Shown here: positions 34,994-44,597 of the stretch, in pieces
Layout of the letters: each line of letters opens with the position of its first letter
Numbering within the stretch: position 1 is the stretch's first letter
Origin: Rebecca billardiae RCC1528
Taxonomy: Eukaryota > Protista > Haptophyta
DNA: 64,000 nt
Direction: 5' to 3'
Assembly: GCA_965240325.2 (NCBI GenBank)
Contig: OZ251245.1
Location: 62,001-126,000 of the forward strand
Notes under the pieces: model-generated
Told to the model about the DNA's origin: nothing
Databases searched by the model: none
What the model saw: the letters and a program-made list of their open reading frames with translations, nothing else
Translations under genes and position numbers: made by a program

Positions 34994-35852
34994 GTCTAGC
35001 CACTCCGCCATGCCCGGCTCGTACTCAAGGCGTCGGGTACGAATGGACTCTGGAGCTGGATGGTCGCGGCGCGCGGCGTCGTGGAGTAGACAGACCACAA
35101 TGATCAATCATGGAACGATCAGGTTAGCTATGTTGGGATTTGAGCAACGAACGACAGCGGGCGCTGGCAGCGGCGTGGCGGTTGAGCTGCTGCCCGCGAG
35201 GTCGAGAGGGCTCTGGGCTGGCAGCGGCGTGGCGGTTGAGCTGCTGCCCGAGGTCGAGAGGGCGCCCGCGAGTCGTCAGTCACTGAGCAAGGTCGATTAA
35301 GGCTGATGGGTCGCTGACACTGCAGTGCTTCCATATTCGCCAGAGGCCGAGGGTGGGCGGGCGGGCAAACGTGAAACGATGAAGCGTGCGGGTTGACGCG
35401 ACAGCGGCGAGAGCAAGAGACCATATTGCATGAGGGGCGACGCGGCGAAGACAGTAGATGATGTCGTCGCGCCGCCGAACGATCAGGCGGGGAGCCGGGC
35501 CACACAGACAGCCAGCGACCTTACCGAGCAGAGGGGCTGCGGCGACTGCGGTGCACCTCCTGCCTGCAGCGGAGAGTGCACCCGGCAGTGCTCGATGCAG
35601 GCGATTCCCTTGCCCAGCTCGGCGCCTTCGTCGTGAGCAGCCCCATGGCGCCCCCGAGAGCGAAGCCTGATCGATCCGATGTGAGCGGTAACCAACCGAG
35701 CCCTGCAGGTGCGCCGCTGTGGGCCAGATTGGCAGCGCACCAGTAGGACTCCTGCGCGCGGCGGTGCGCACAGGACAACGCAGGAATGCCGTGCGAGCCG
35801 GATTCTTGGCGTCGCTCATAGACACTCAGTTATAGGTTCCCTATAACGCCAC
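34994..35852 (-). mobile_element. Non-autonomous hairpin-terminated element, copy 2 (859 bp)
   Basis: Highly similar to 35853-36681; terminal hairpin GTTATAGG-TTC-CCTATAAC at 35829-35847; internal ~50-bp duplication at 35160-35262. Confidence 0.8.
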
Positions 35853-36681
35853 GTCTAGCCACTCCGCCATGCCCGGCTCGTACAAGGCGTCGGGTACGAA
35901 TGGACTCTGGAGCTGGATGGTCGCGGCGCGCGGCGTCGTGGAGTAGACAGACCACAGCAATGATCAATCATGGAACGATCAGGTTAGCGATGTTGGGATT
36001 TGAGCAACGAACGACAGCGGGCGCTGGCAGCGGCGTGGCGGTTGAGCTGCTGCCCGAGGTCGAGAGGGCGCCCGCGAGTCCCGTTTATAAGTTGGAGCGG
36101 GCGTCCAAGTAGTCGTTGATGAATCCCGTTTAGAAATAGAAGAGACGAGGACTGCGCGGCCGCGCGCGCACGATCGATCGCGACGCGCGGCGAGCAGACG
36201 TACGCGTCAGAGTGCGCCGCACCCGCGCGACGCACGGGCGCGAGGCGAGCGCGTATCTGAAACGATGAAGCGTGCGGGTTGACGCGACAGCGGCGAGAGC
36301 AAGAGACCATATTGCATGAGGGGCGACGCGGCGAAGACAGTAGATGATGTCGTCGCGCCGCCGAACGATCAGGCGGGGAGCCGGGCCACACAGACAGCCA
36401 GCGACCTTACCGAGCAGAGGGGCTGCGGCGACTGCGGTGCACCTCCTGCAGCGGAGAGTGCACCCGGCAGTGCCGTCGATGCAGGCGATTCCCTTGCCCA
36501 GCGCTCGGCGCCTTCGTCGTGAGCAGCCCCATGCCCATGGCGCCCCCGAGAGCGAGATTGGCAGCGCACCAGTAGGACTCCTGCGCGCGGCGGTGCGCAC
36601 AGGACAACGCAGGAATGCCGTGCGAGCCGGATTCTTGGCGTCGCTCATAGACACTCAGTTATAGGTCCCCTATACCGCCAC
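35853..36681 (-). mobile_element. Non-autonomous hairpin-terminated element, copy 3 (829 bp), head-to-tail with copy 2
   Basis: Seamless junction CGCCAC|GTCTAGCC at 35852/35853; ends TATAGGTCCCCTATACCGCCAC followed by (AT)n. Confidence 0.8.
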
Positions 36682-36919
36682 ATATATATATATAATATAT
36701 CGATATATATATATCAATATATATCGTCGATATATATATAGTGCAGCTAGTGGTACGAAGCGGCGGCCGAACCGCGCCGCGGCCCGGCCGGCCCGCGCCC
36801 GCCGACGCGGCGCCGGGCGGCGCCGGGCGCGCCGGCGGCAGCAGGCATCACTTTGATGACTTGATGATGCCGGGCGCCCAAACCGGTGCCCGCAACCGGT
36901 CTCGGTACCGTCGTACGTA

Positions 36920-37843
36920 CTACGACCGGGCGATGCTGACGTTATCGGTCGTCGATCCGACGTCGCCCCGGTTGGCGAGGGGACGCCGGGGCAGCGGGCA
37001 GTCCGCCATCGCGCGCGGCGGCGCCCCCGGCCCGGGGCAGCAGCTGGCGTACGCGGCGCAGCCCAGCGCCCACTCGCCCAGCGCGGAGGCGCGGTTTGTG
37101 TCGCTGCACTCGCCCTGCTGCGCGGCGCCGCGCAGGGGGGCCCAGCCGCACGGCGCGTCGTCGGGCGTGCCCGCGCACGTGGCGTTGTACGTGACGCCCG
37201 GCAGCGCCGTCGCGTACATCGGCGTGCCCGAGAAGGCGCACGCCTGCCACAGCGCGCGCTGGTTCCCGTAGTGCAGCGTGCCGAGCAAGCTGAGCAGCAG
37301 CGGCGGCGCGCCGGCGGCGGGCGTCTCGGCGACGGCGACCGAGCGCGCGTACTGGTCGTAGTAGCCGCCCATGCGCGCGAGGAGGTACTCCACCGGCCCG
37401 AGGTTCGCCACGGTGATCTGCTCGGTGTACAGCCCGACCACCTTGACGCCCAGCTCGCGCGCGCGCAGCACAAGGGCCGCGTGCTGCTCGGCGCACGGGT
37501 AGCCGTGGGTCGTGTTCAGGTACATGGCGACGAGCTCCGGCCTGGTGGCGGGCGGCGTGCGGTGGAAGAACTCCATGAAGAGCACCGCCGGCCGCGGGCG
37601 CAGCTCGCCGATCTCCGCCGCGAGCTGTGCGGAGATGGCGCACTCCTCGTGGTCCTCGCCCACAAACAGGCTGGGCGACTGCGCCCACGCGGCCTGCAGC
37701 GGGGAGCGGCGCGGGGCGGCGGCGGCGCCGGGCGCGGCCGCCAGGGCGGGGGTGCGGCTGACGCCGAGGAGCAGCGCGAGCGCGGCGGCCAGCGCGCCTG
37801 CCGCCATGAGGAAGAGGGCCGCGGACGGCCGCGCCGACGCCAT
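36920..37843 (-). CDS. Signal-anchored TIKI/EreA/ChaN-fold (RRSP/PMT-C2-like) hydrolase candidate, 307 aa
   Basis: N-terminal TM/signal; LFVGEDH, VLFMEF, LVLRARELGVKVVGL, LARM and LSLLGTLH occur in the canonical order; Cys-rich C-terminus. Confidence 0.65.
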   Translation of the reverse strand: MASARPSAALFLMAAGALAAALALLLGVSRTPALAAAPGAAAAPRRSPLQAAWAQSPSLFVGEDHEECAISAQLAAEIGELRPRPAVLFMEFFHRTPPATRPELVAMYLNTTHGYPCAEQHAALVLRARELGVKVVGLYTEQITVANLGPVEYLLARMGGYYDQYARSVAVAETPAAGAPPLLLSLLGTLHYGNQRALWQACAFSGTPMYATALPGVTYNATCAGTPDDAPCGWAPLRGAAQQGECSDTNRASALGEWALGCAAYASCCPGPGAPPRAMADCPLPRRPLANRGDVGSTTDNVSIARS

Positions 37844-38118
37844 CTTGAGGACCCGTCTTTCCTTGACAGCGAATGAAAAGCCGCCGAATAAAACGCGGAA
37901 AATGCATGCAATAGGATGGACGCGCGATCAATCATTGTCAGCGCCCAGCGCCAGCACTGGTTCGACCCGACTGTGCGGGCTGGCCCTCTCGAGCGCGCGA
38001 ATGCGATGCGATCCCGCGAAGCCACATTCTCTCGGAACTACTCCTGCGGGCTGATGCTGCGTGGCGACTACGGTTGGCGCTCCGCCAGTAGTGCTCGGCA
38101 TCAGTGACGACAGTAGCG

Positions 38119-41100
38119 TCAGTAGCCCCGGCCGCCACCGCAGCTGCTGATGCCGCCGTGCTGGTGTGCGCAGGCCCCGCCAGAGACGCTCGGGCGGCCG
38201 TCATCCTGCTCAATGCCGATGGCTCCGTCCGCACTGCCGCGGCGACTTCCCTCCACATCCGCGCCGTCGCCAGCGGCGACGGCGGGGTCGAGGCTGCTGC
38301 TGGGGCGACCACCGCCAACCGTGCCGCGCGACAGCCGCGCGCGCGCGCTCGGCGCCGCGGCGGCGGAGCGCTCCGGCGGCCGGAGCCGGCTGCTCTGGGG
38401 CGTGCTCCTCCGGAGGCTCATGCGCCGGCTGCTGGGCACGGAGGACGCCTCGGAGGCGGATGAGCTGGTGTAGGAGTCAGAGACGCTGGGCGACGCCTGT
38501 GACGCCTTGGCCCACGCCTCGCCGGCCGCGCCGTGCGACGCGACAGGGGTGATGCGCGCGCCGTTGCCGGCCGCGCGGACAACGGGGCTCAGGCCGCGAA
38601 GGCCGCCCGCGTAGCACGTGCGCGGCGCTGGGCGGAGCGGCGCCTCGGGCGCGGCAGCGCCCGGCACGCCGCCGCCAGAGGGGCCAGGGGCCGCCTCCGC
38701 GCCCGGTGGAACAGGCGATGCGCGCCCGGCAGCGGCCGCCAGCCCGCGCGCGGCGGCGGCGTGCGCTCTCGGCGGGTCCGGTCCGCGGCCCGGCTCAGGC
38801 GAGCAGCGCCGGCCCACCTTTTGCGACGCGCGCTCGGCCAGCAGCCGGCTCGGCTTGAAGAGCAGGACGCTGTCGGGCGAGCGGCTTGGCTGCCGCTGGG
38901 CGGGTGGCTCGTGCGCGCCGCCGCCAGCCGCGACACCGAGGCCAACCGTGGCGGCCCTGGGGCGCTCGAGCCGCTGAGGCTGCAGATGCGCCGCGCCCGC
39001 CGCGTCGCACGCGGCTGAGCTGCGCTCGCGGCTGAGCGCCGGCAAGCCGCTTGCGTTTGGCGATGGCAGCGGCGAGGTGCGCGGCCGGGAGACGCGCCCG
39101 CGCGCAGCCAGCGGCGCGCCGTCCCGCCTCGGCGTGATCGGCGTCGTCGGCGTCTCCCGGCGCGCGCCGAGGAAGGCGAACATGCCGCTGCCGTGTCGGC
39201 TCTGCCGCGCAGCCGGCGGCGCCGGCCGCGCGCGCCAGCTTGCGAGTGTGAGTGCGTGCAGCAGCGCCGCGCGCACCTCGGCGTTGAACGCGTCGAGGGC
39301 GGCGGCGCTGACCGCGTGGTGGCCCGCGCTCGGCGACGACGCGCCGGAGCGGAGGCTGGAGCCGCCGCCCGAGAAGGAGTCCTGCTGCTCGCCGCGCGCG
39401 CCGCTGTGCGCGCGCGCGCTCGTCGCGCCCGCGCGCTCGCTGCGCGCGCGGCCGCTGCTCAGCCGCTCGCGCAGCCCGTCGCTCAGCCGGCCCAGCGCGC
39501 GCCCGAGCTCGGCGCTGCGCAGCCGGCGGAAGCTGAAGCGGCCGTGGCCCAGAGGCGTCCACCGCGTGGCCGCGCCGAACGCCGCGCCGATCAGCTTGAA
39601 GATCGACGCGCGGTCGGACGCGACGCTCGCCCTGGCCGTGCGGCAGTCGAAGGACGAGAGCGTCTGGAGCACGCGCGCACCGTCGTGGTCGAGCGCGGCG
39701 AGGAAGGCGGCGAGCTCGGACGGCAGCGCGAGCTGCAGCTCGACGTGGCGGTGGAGGCGGCACTGCACCACCTCGTACAGGCACCACACGCGGCTCAGCG
39801 AGACCGCCGCGTCCCACGGGTCGAGCACGAGCACCATCCTGCCCACCTTGGCGATCACACTGCCAATGTGCCGGATGCCGGCCTGCACGTCGTGCTGCCG
39901 GATGGTCGCGAGGTCGAGCCAGAGGTACAGCCCGGACTCGTCGAGTCCGGTGGAGGCGGCGTGCAGCCGGACGGCGCTGAGCAGCTTGCGGAACGGGCAC
40001 GCCTGCGCGTGGCTCACGAAGAGCGTGGCGCGGCCGACCGCGCGCGTGCCGTCGGCGAGCACCAGCCCCTCGCCCGCCTCGGCGAGCGATTTGCCGCTCG
40101 ACTGCGTGAGCGCCGCCACCAGCCGGCCCACCTCTGCGGACGTCGTGTCCGCGCCGATGCTGTGCCGCTCGCACAGCTCCTCGAGGAAGCGGAGCTGCAC
40201 GCCGAGGAGGAGGTGGGCGAGCTCGGCCTCGGGAGGCTCGTCGTGCGCGTGGCCCATCGCGGCCAGCGCGCCGACCACGCGCGAGACGCGCCCGGGCAGC
40301 TGCGGGCGGCGAGCCGCGCGCGCGGCGCGCGCCGCGCGCGCAGCGCTCCCGCGCCGCGCCGCCACGGCCGCGTGCGCGCGCGCGAGCGCGTCGCTGGACT
40401 CGACGATCCGATGCGGTAGCCCCAAGCGGCTGGCGAGGAGAGTGCCCCACCCTGCTTCGGCCCCATCGCCGGCCGCGGCCACGGCCGCCGGCTGCGCTCC
40501 GGCCGACGCGCCGACGGCCGACTCGTCGCGCGTGCCGAGCAGCGCGCCGAGCGCGCGCGCCGCGCGCGTGCGGAGGCCCCGCGCCGGGCTGCAGCAGCCG
40601 ACGAAGGCGCTGATCTGGACGGTGGAGATGGCGTTGGCGAGCTCGGCGTGCGCCGAGAAGACGAGCACGCACGGCCACGCGCGCACGAACGCCCACGGGA
40701 ACGCCATGCCGACCGCGGCCTGCGCCAGGCACAGGATGAGCGTGAGCCTCACGCCCCACGAGAGCGCGCGCACGAGGAGCGCCGGCGCAGCGCCGAGCGC
40801 GCGGCGGACGAGGCGGTCGACTTGGCACGCGGCGGTGGTGACGACGAGCGGCGGGAGGCTGAGCGCGGCCAGCAGCACCAGCTGCGAGTTCACCCGCGGC
40901 GCCCGCTCGCCCAGCGCGCGGATCACCTCCGACGCGACGACGAGCGCGCCGAGCGCGAGCGCGGAAGCCCGCAGCGCGCGCCGGTAGCGCGGCAGCGTGA
41001 CGCGCATCGAGACCAGCCCGGCGTTGGCGGCGGCCTGCGCGGCGAAGGCGAGGAAGAGCGTGGTAGCGACGCTGCCCAGCAACGCCGGCACGAGCAGCAG

Positions 41101-41913
41101 CCGCAGCCCCGTCTCGTAGTCGTACCAGCGCAGCCAGAAGAAGGGGTTGAGCTGCGCGGCCGCGCGCAGCGCGTTGGCGACCAGCTCGAGCAGCAGCGTG
41201 CTCTGCGCGACGTTGGCGCGCGCGCGGCGCGCGTCGCGGGCGAGGCGGGCGAGGCCGCGCGCCGAGCGCGCGGCGTTGTACAGCGCGTGCAGCCCGACGA
41301 GCCCGGCCAGGCACGCCGGCGCCGGGTGCGCCCACATCGCGTCCCACGGCGTGCGCGACGGCGTGAAGCGCGCTCGGACGGACGCGTCCGCGCCGCGCGC
41401 GCGCGGCGGCTGCAGCAGGTGGGCGATGAGCGGCAGCGCGGCGCGCTGGTTGAGGTCGAAGGCGGGGGGCTGCGCGAGGGCGCGCGTGTCGCCCGGGCGG
41501 CTCCAGTACTTGTGCCCGCCCGGCTCGCGCCCGAGCCCACCGGTCGCGCGGAGGTCGATGACCGCCCAGCCGAGCGCGCCGAGTGCGCCCGCGCCGCGCG
41601 CGTGCTGCTCGTAGCTGCAGCGCTCGTACGTGGGGTTGAGGTGCACGACGATGGCGCCGCGCAGATCGCGCAGGCCCACGTACCGCGGCGGGCACTCGTC
41701 GTACGCCCACTCGTCCGGCGCCGTCGCGAGCAGCGGCGCGTCCACGTCGAAGGCGTCGGGCGAGAAGCGCAGTGCGCCCGCAATCAGCTCGAGGCCGCGC
41801 AGGCGCGCCGGGCCGTCGGTGACGAGGAGGTGCGCGGCGGCGGCGCGGAGGAGGAGGGCGAGCGGGAGGAGCGTGGTGGCGCGCCCGCGCGGCGGCGCGC
41901 TCCGGGTGCCCAT
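38119..41913 (-). CDS. Signal peptide + PA domain + 7TM + TIR/HET-like domain receptor (1264 aa, intronless)
   Basis: Leader TLLPLALLLRAAAA; PA-like C...DLRGAIVVH...RCSYEQHARGAGALGALGWAVID; seven hydrophobic helices (~41330-40600); cytosolic ATLFVSHAQ, LWLDLATIRQHD, RMVLVLDPW, LSRVWCLYE, ARASVASDRASIF; disordered Ser/Arg tail. Confidence 0.8.
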   Translation of the reverse strand: MGTRSAPPRGRATTLLPLALLLRAAAAHLLVTDGPARLRGLELIAGALRFSPDAFDVDAPLLATAPDEWAYDECPPRYVGLRDLRGAIVVHLNPTYERCSYEQHARGAGALGALGWAVIDLRATGGLGREPGGHKYWSRPGDTRALAQPPAFDLNQRAALPLIAHLLQPPRARGADASVRARFTPSRTPWDAMWAHPAPACLAGLVGLHALYNAARSARGLARLARDARRARANVAQSTLLLELVANALRAAAQLNPFFWLRWYDYETGLRLLLVPALLGSVATTLFLAFAAQAAANAGLVSMRVTLPRYRRALRASALALGALVVASEVIRALGERAPRVNSQLVLLAALSLPPLVVTTAACQVDRLVRRALGAAPALLVRALSWGVRLTLILCLAQAAVGMAFPWAFVRAWPCVLVFSAHAELANAISTVQISAFVGCCSPARGLRTRAARALGALLGTRDESAVGASAGAQPAAVAAAGDGAEAGWGTLLASRLGLPHRIVESSDALARAHAAVAARRGSAARAARAARAARRPQLPGRVSRVVGALAAMGHAHDEPPEAELAHLLLGVQLRFLEELCERHSIGADTTSAEVGRLVAALTQSSGKSLAEAGEGLVLADGTRAVGRATLFVSHAQACPFRKLLSAVRLHAASTGLDESGLYLWLDLATIRQHDVQAGIRHIGSVIAKVGRMVLVLDPWDAAVSLSRVWCLYEVVQCRLHRHVELQLALPSELAAFLAALDHDGARVLQTLSSFDCRTARASVASDRASIFKLIGAAFGAATRWTPLGHGRFSFRRLRSAELGRALGRLSDGLRERLSSGRARSERAGATSARAHSGARGEQQDSFSGGGSSLRSGASSPSAGHHAVSAAALDAFNAEVRAALLHALTLASWRARPAPPAARQSRHGSGMFAFLGARRETPTTPITPRRDGAPLAARGRVSRPRTSPLPSPNASGLPALSRERSSAACDAAGAAHLQPQRLERPRAATVGLGVAAGGGAHEPPAQRQPSRSPDSVLLFKPSRLLAERASQKVGRRCSPEPGRGPDPPRAHAAAARGLAAAAGRASPVPPGAEAAPGPSGGGVPGAAAPEAPLRPAPRTCYAGGLRGLSPVVRAAGNGARITPVASHGAAGEAWAKASQASPSVSDSYTSSSASEASSVPSSRRMSLRRSTPQSSRLRPPERSAAAAPSARARLSRGTVGGGRPSSSLDPAVAAGDGADVEGSRRGSADGAIGIEQDDGRPSVSGGACAHQHGGISSCGGGRGY

Positions 41914-42410
41914 GGCGTTGTTGCGCGCGTGCGGGTGGCGAGGGCGAACGGCGGGGGAGGAGGGCGAACGTCGCTCGCTCACAGAATGATTCTCAGGGAG
42001 GTCGTTGGTGTGCAAAATACCGCTCGGGGTAGGCGCGAACTACCCACCTAGGCTACTTGTTTCTTTTTGTACCATCTCGGAGCAATCTGAGTGGCTAGAA
42101 ACGAGCGCGAAGCTTTTCAGACGAGCTTTCTTACATGTGCGATTGTGGTTGTAGCGTCTCATTAGCGGCTTGATGCCCTCGTCGGATTTTCCGTCGTACG
42201 AACGTCGATTGGATCTCACACAAACCAACAGACAGCCCCCCGATTCCCCAAGCGGCGGCAATCGAACACCGACTGTTATGCAATAGCACACGGGCGCTCA
42301 CGTTTTGCCTGCTTACCGGAACGACACTTACTCCCAAATTCCCCTCACACAAACCAAGATTCCTACTACGGTACCACCGGAAGCTGCGCGGGCCACCCAG
42401 CGCGCAAAGC

Positions 42411-44281
42411 TCACTTGCGCTTGCCGCCGCCCTTCTTGCCGCGCGCGGACCCCTTGCCGCCCTTGCCCTTCCCGCCGCCCTTCTGCCGCTTGGCCGCCGC
42501 CTTCTCGCCGCGCTTGTCGGCCAGCATGCGCTTGTCCACGCGCTTCACGCGGCCGGTGCCCGCGCCCTTGGGGCCGCCCGACTTGGCCGCAGCAACGGCG
42601 CTGCGCCCGCTGCGCCCGGTGACGACGATCTTCGCCGAGGGCCGCTTCTTGCCCAGCTTGCCGCCGCCCTTCGAGTAGAGCTTCTCGATCGCCGTCGCCT
42701 TCTCGCGCTCGGACATGTCCTCCTTGCCCACAATCGCGTTGGCTTGCTTCTTGAGCTGCGGCGTGTGCGCGCGCGCAGCGGCGCAGCGGCGTGTGCGCAG
42801 CGGGGGCCACGGGCGGAGGGCAGGTGCGGGTGTGAGCTGGCGTACGCGGTGTGCGCGGCGTGCGCGCACCGCCACCGGGCGGGGGCATGCAGCCGCGGCC
42901 GCGCGCGCGCGCAGCCGGGGCGTGGCGCCTCCGCGCGCGTCCGTCTAACCGCGCGCGCGCACGTGGCGCGTGGGGCGCACGTGGCGCATCGGCGCGTACC
43001 TTCTCGATGACCTTGGCCGTGCGCCGCTTCTTGCGCGCCTTGGCCTCGGCGACCTTGCCGATCGTGCGCGCGTCGATCGCCTTGAGCCCCTCCGCGGCCG
43101 CGCTCAGCGCCGCCGCGTCCGCCAGCTGCAGCCCCGCCGCCGTGTGCCGCACGCGCCGCTCGTCGTCTGCAAACCATTCGGGCAGCTCTGCGCGCGGCGC
43201 CGGGCCGGCGGGTGGGCGGGGTGAGGGGCGGGGTGAGGGCGGGGTGCCGCGCGGCGGCGCACGGCCCGCGCCCTCCCCACCGCGAGCTCGCAGCGGACGT
43301 GGCGGTGGCGGTGCGCGGTGCGCGGTGCGCGGTGCCGGCTGCGACAGGCGGCGGGCGACAGGCAGTGGGCGGCTGCGGCGTGGCGCGCGGCGCGGCGCGC
43401 GGCGCGGCGCGGCGTGGCGCGCGGCGCGGCGCGCACCCTTGTCCGCCCACGCGTTGCGGTTGTAGGCGCTGTCCTCGAGATCGCGGCGGGAGCGCTTGCG
43501 GATCAGCATCTGGCCGAGGGCGATGCGCTCGGCCTCGCGCTCCACGCGCGCCTGCTGCGCGCGGTGCCTGCTGCCGCCGTACACTGCGCGCGCGCCGCGC
43601 CGCGCCGGCCAGCGCGCGCGCCGCGCTCAGCCGCGCGCCGCGGGCCGCGCGGCGCGCGCCTCTCGACGGCGTGTGGCGCGCCGCGGCGCGCAAGGGGGGT
43701 TGCACGGCGCGCGCGGCGGCGGCGGCGGCGGGCGCGCGCACCCGTGCCCACGCGCTCGAGGTCGTCCTCCCCGTCCTCCTCCTCCGCGCCGCCAATCTCC
43801 GCCGCGCCCGTCGCGACGGCGCGCGCGGCCGCGCGCGCGCGCGCCGCCGCGCCCTCGCGCGCCGCGCCGTTAGCCGCGCGCTCGGCGGCGGCCGGGGCGG
43901 CGCGGCCGCGCGCGCTCGCGGCCGCGCCGCCGGGCGAGGGCTTGGCGCGCTTGCCGCGCGGCGGCGGATCCTCCTCCTCCTCCTCCTCCTCCTCCTCTGT
44001 CGCGTCGCCGTCCGTCTCGCCGCCCTCCTCCTCCTCCTCCTCCTCCTCCTCCTCCTCCGCCTCCGAGTCCGCGCCCGCGGCCGCGGCCGCGCCGCCGCCG
44101 CCGCCGCCGCGCGCGCGCTTGGCGCCGCCCGCGCCGCCGCCGCGGTCCGCCTCGACCTGCGCCATGAGCGGCAGCGAGAACCACGCGTCGGCGTGGCCGC
44201 GCTCGTCGCCCTCCTCCTCGCCCTCCTCCTCCTCCTCCGCGCCCGCCTTCGCCCCCGTCTTCAGCAGCGGGTTGGCCACGC

Positions 44282-44316
<35 letters not shown>

Positions 44317-44497
44317 CTGTCCGCGGCCGCGCCGCCGCCGCCCAGCGCGCGCTCGCGCTCCGGGCCCGTCTTGAACTTGGCGGCGAGGGCGCGCTGCTGC
44401 GCGGCCTTGGAGCGCGAGCGCGCGCGGTACTGCTCGTACAGCTCGTCCAGCTGCGCCTCGAGCTGCGCCGAGTACGCCGCCTCGTCATCGTCGTCCT

Positions 44498-44528
<31 letters not shown>

Positions 44529-44566
44529 CGCGGCGGCCGCCGCGCGCCGCGCGCCGCCCGCGCCGC

Positions 44567-44597
<31 letters not shown>

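Noticed and set aside
34994-36681. Two LTRs of a retrotransposon (apparent TG...CA ends)
   Set aside because: The T and A belong to the (TA)n flanks; the internal junction is CGCCAC|GTCTAG with no internal domain, PBS, PPT or TSD.
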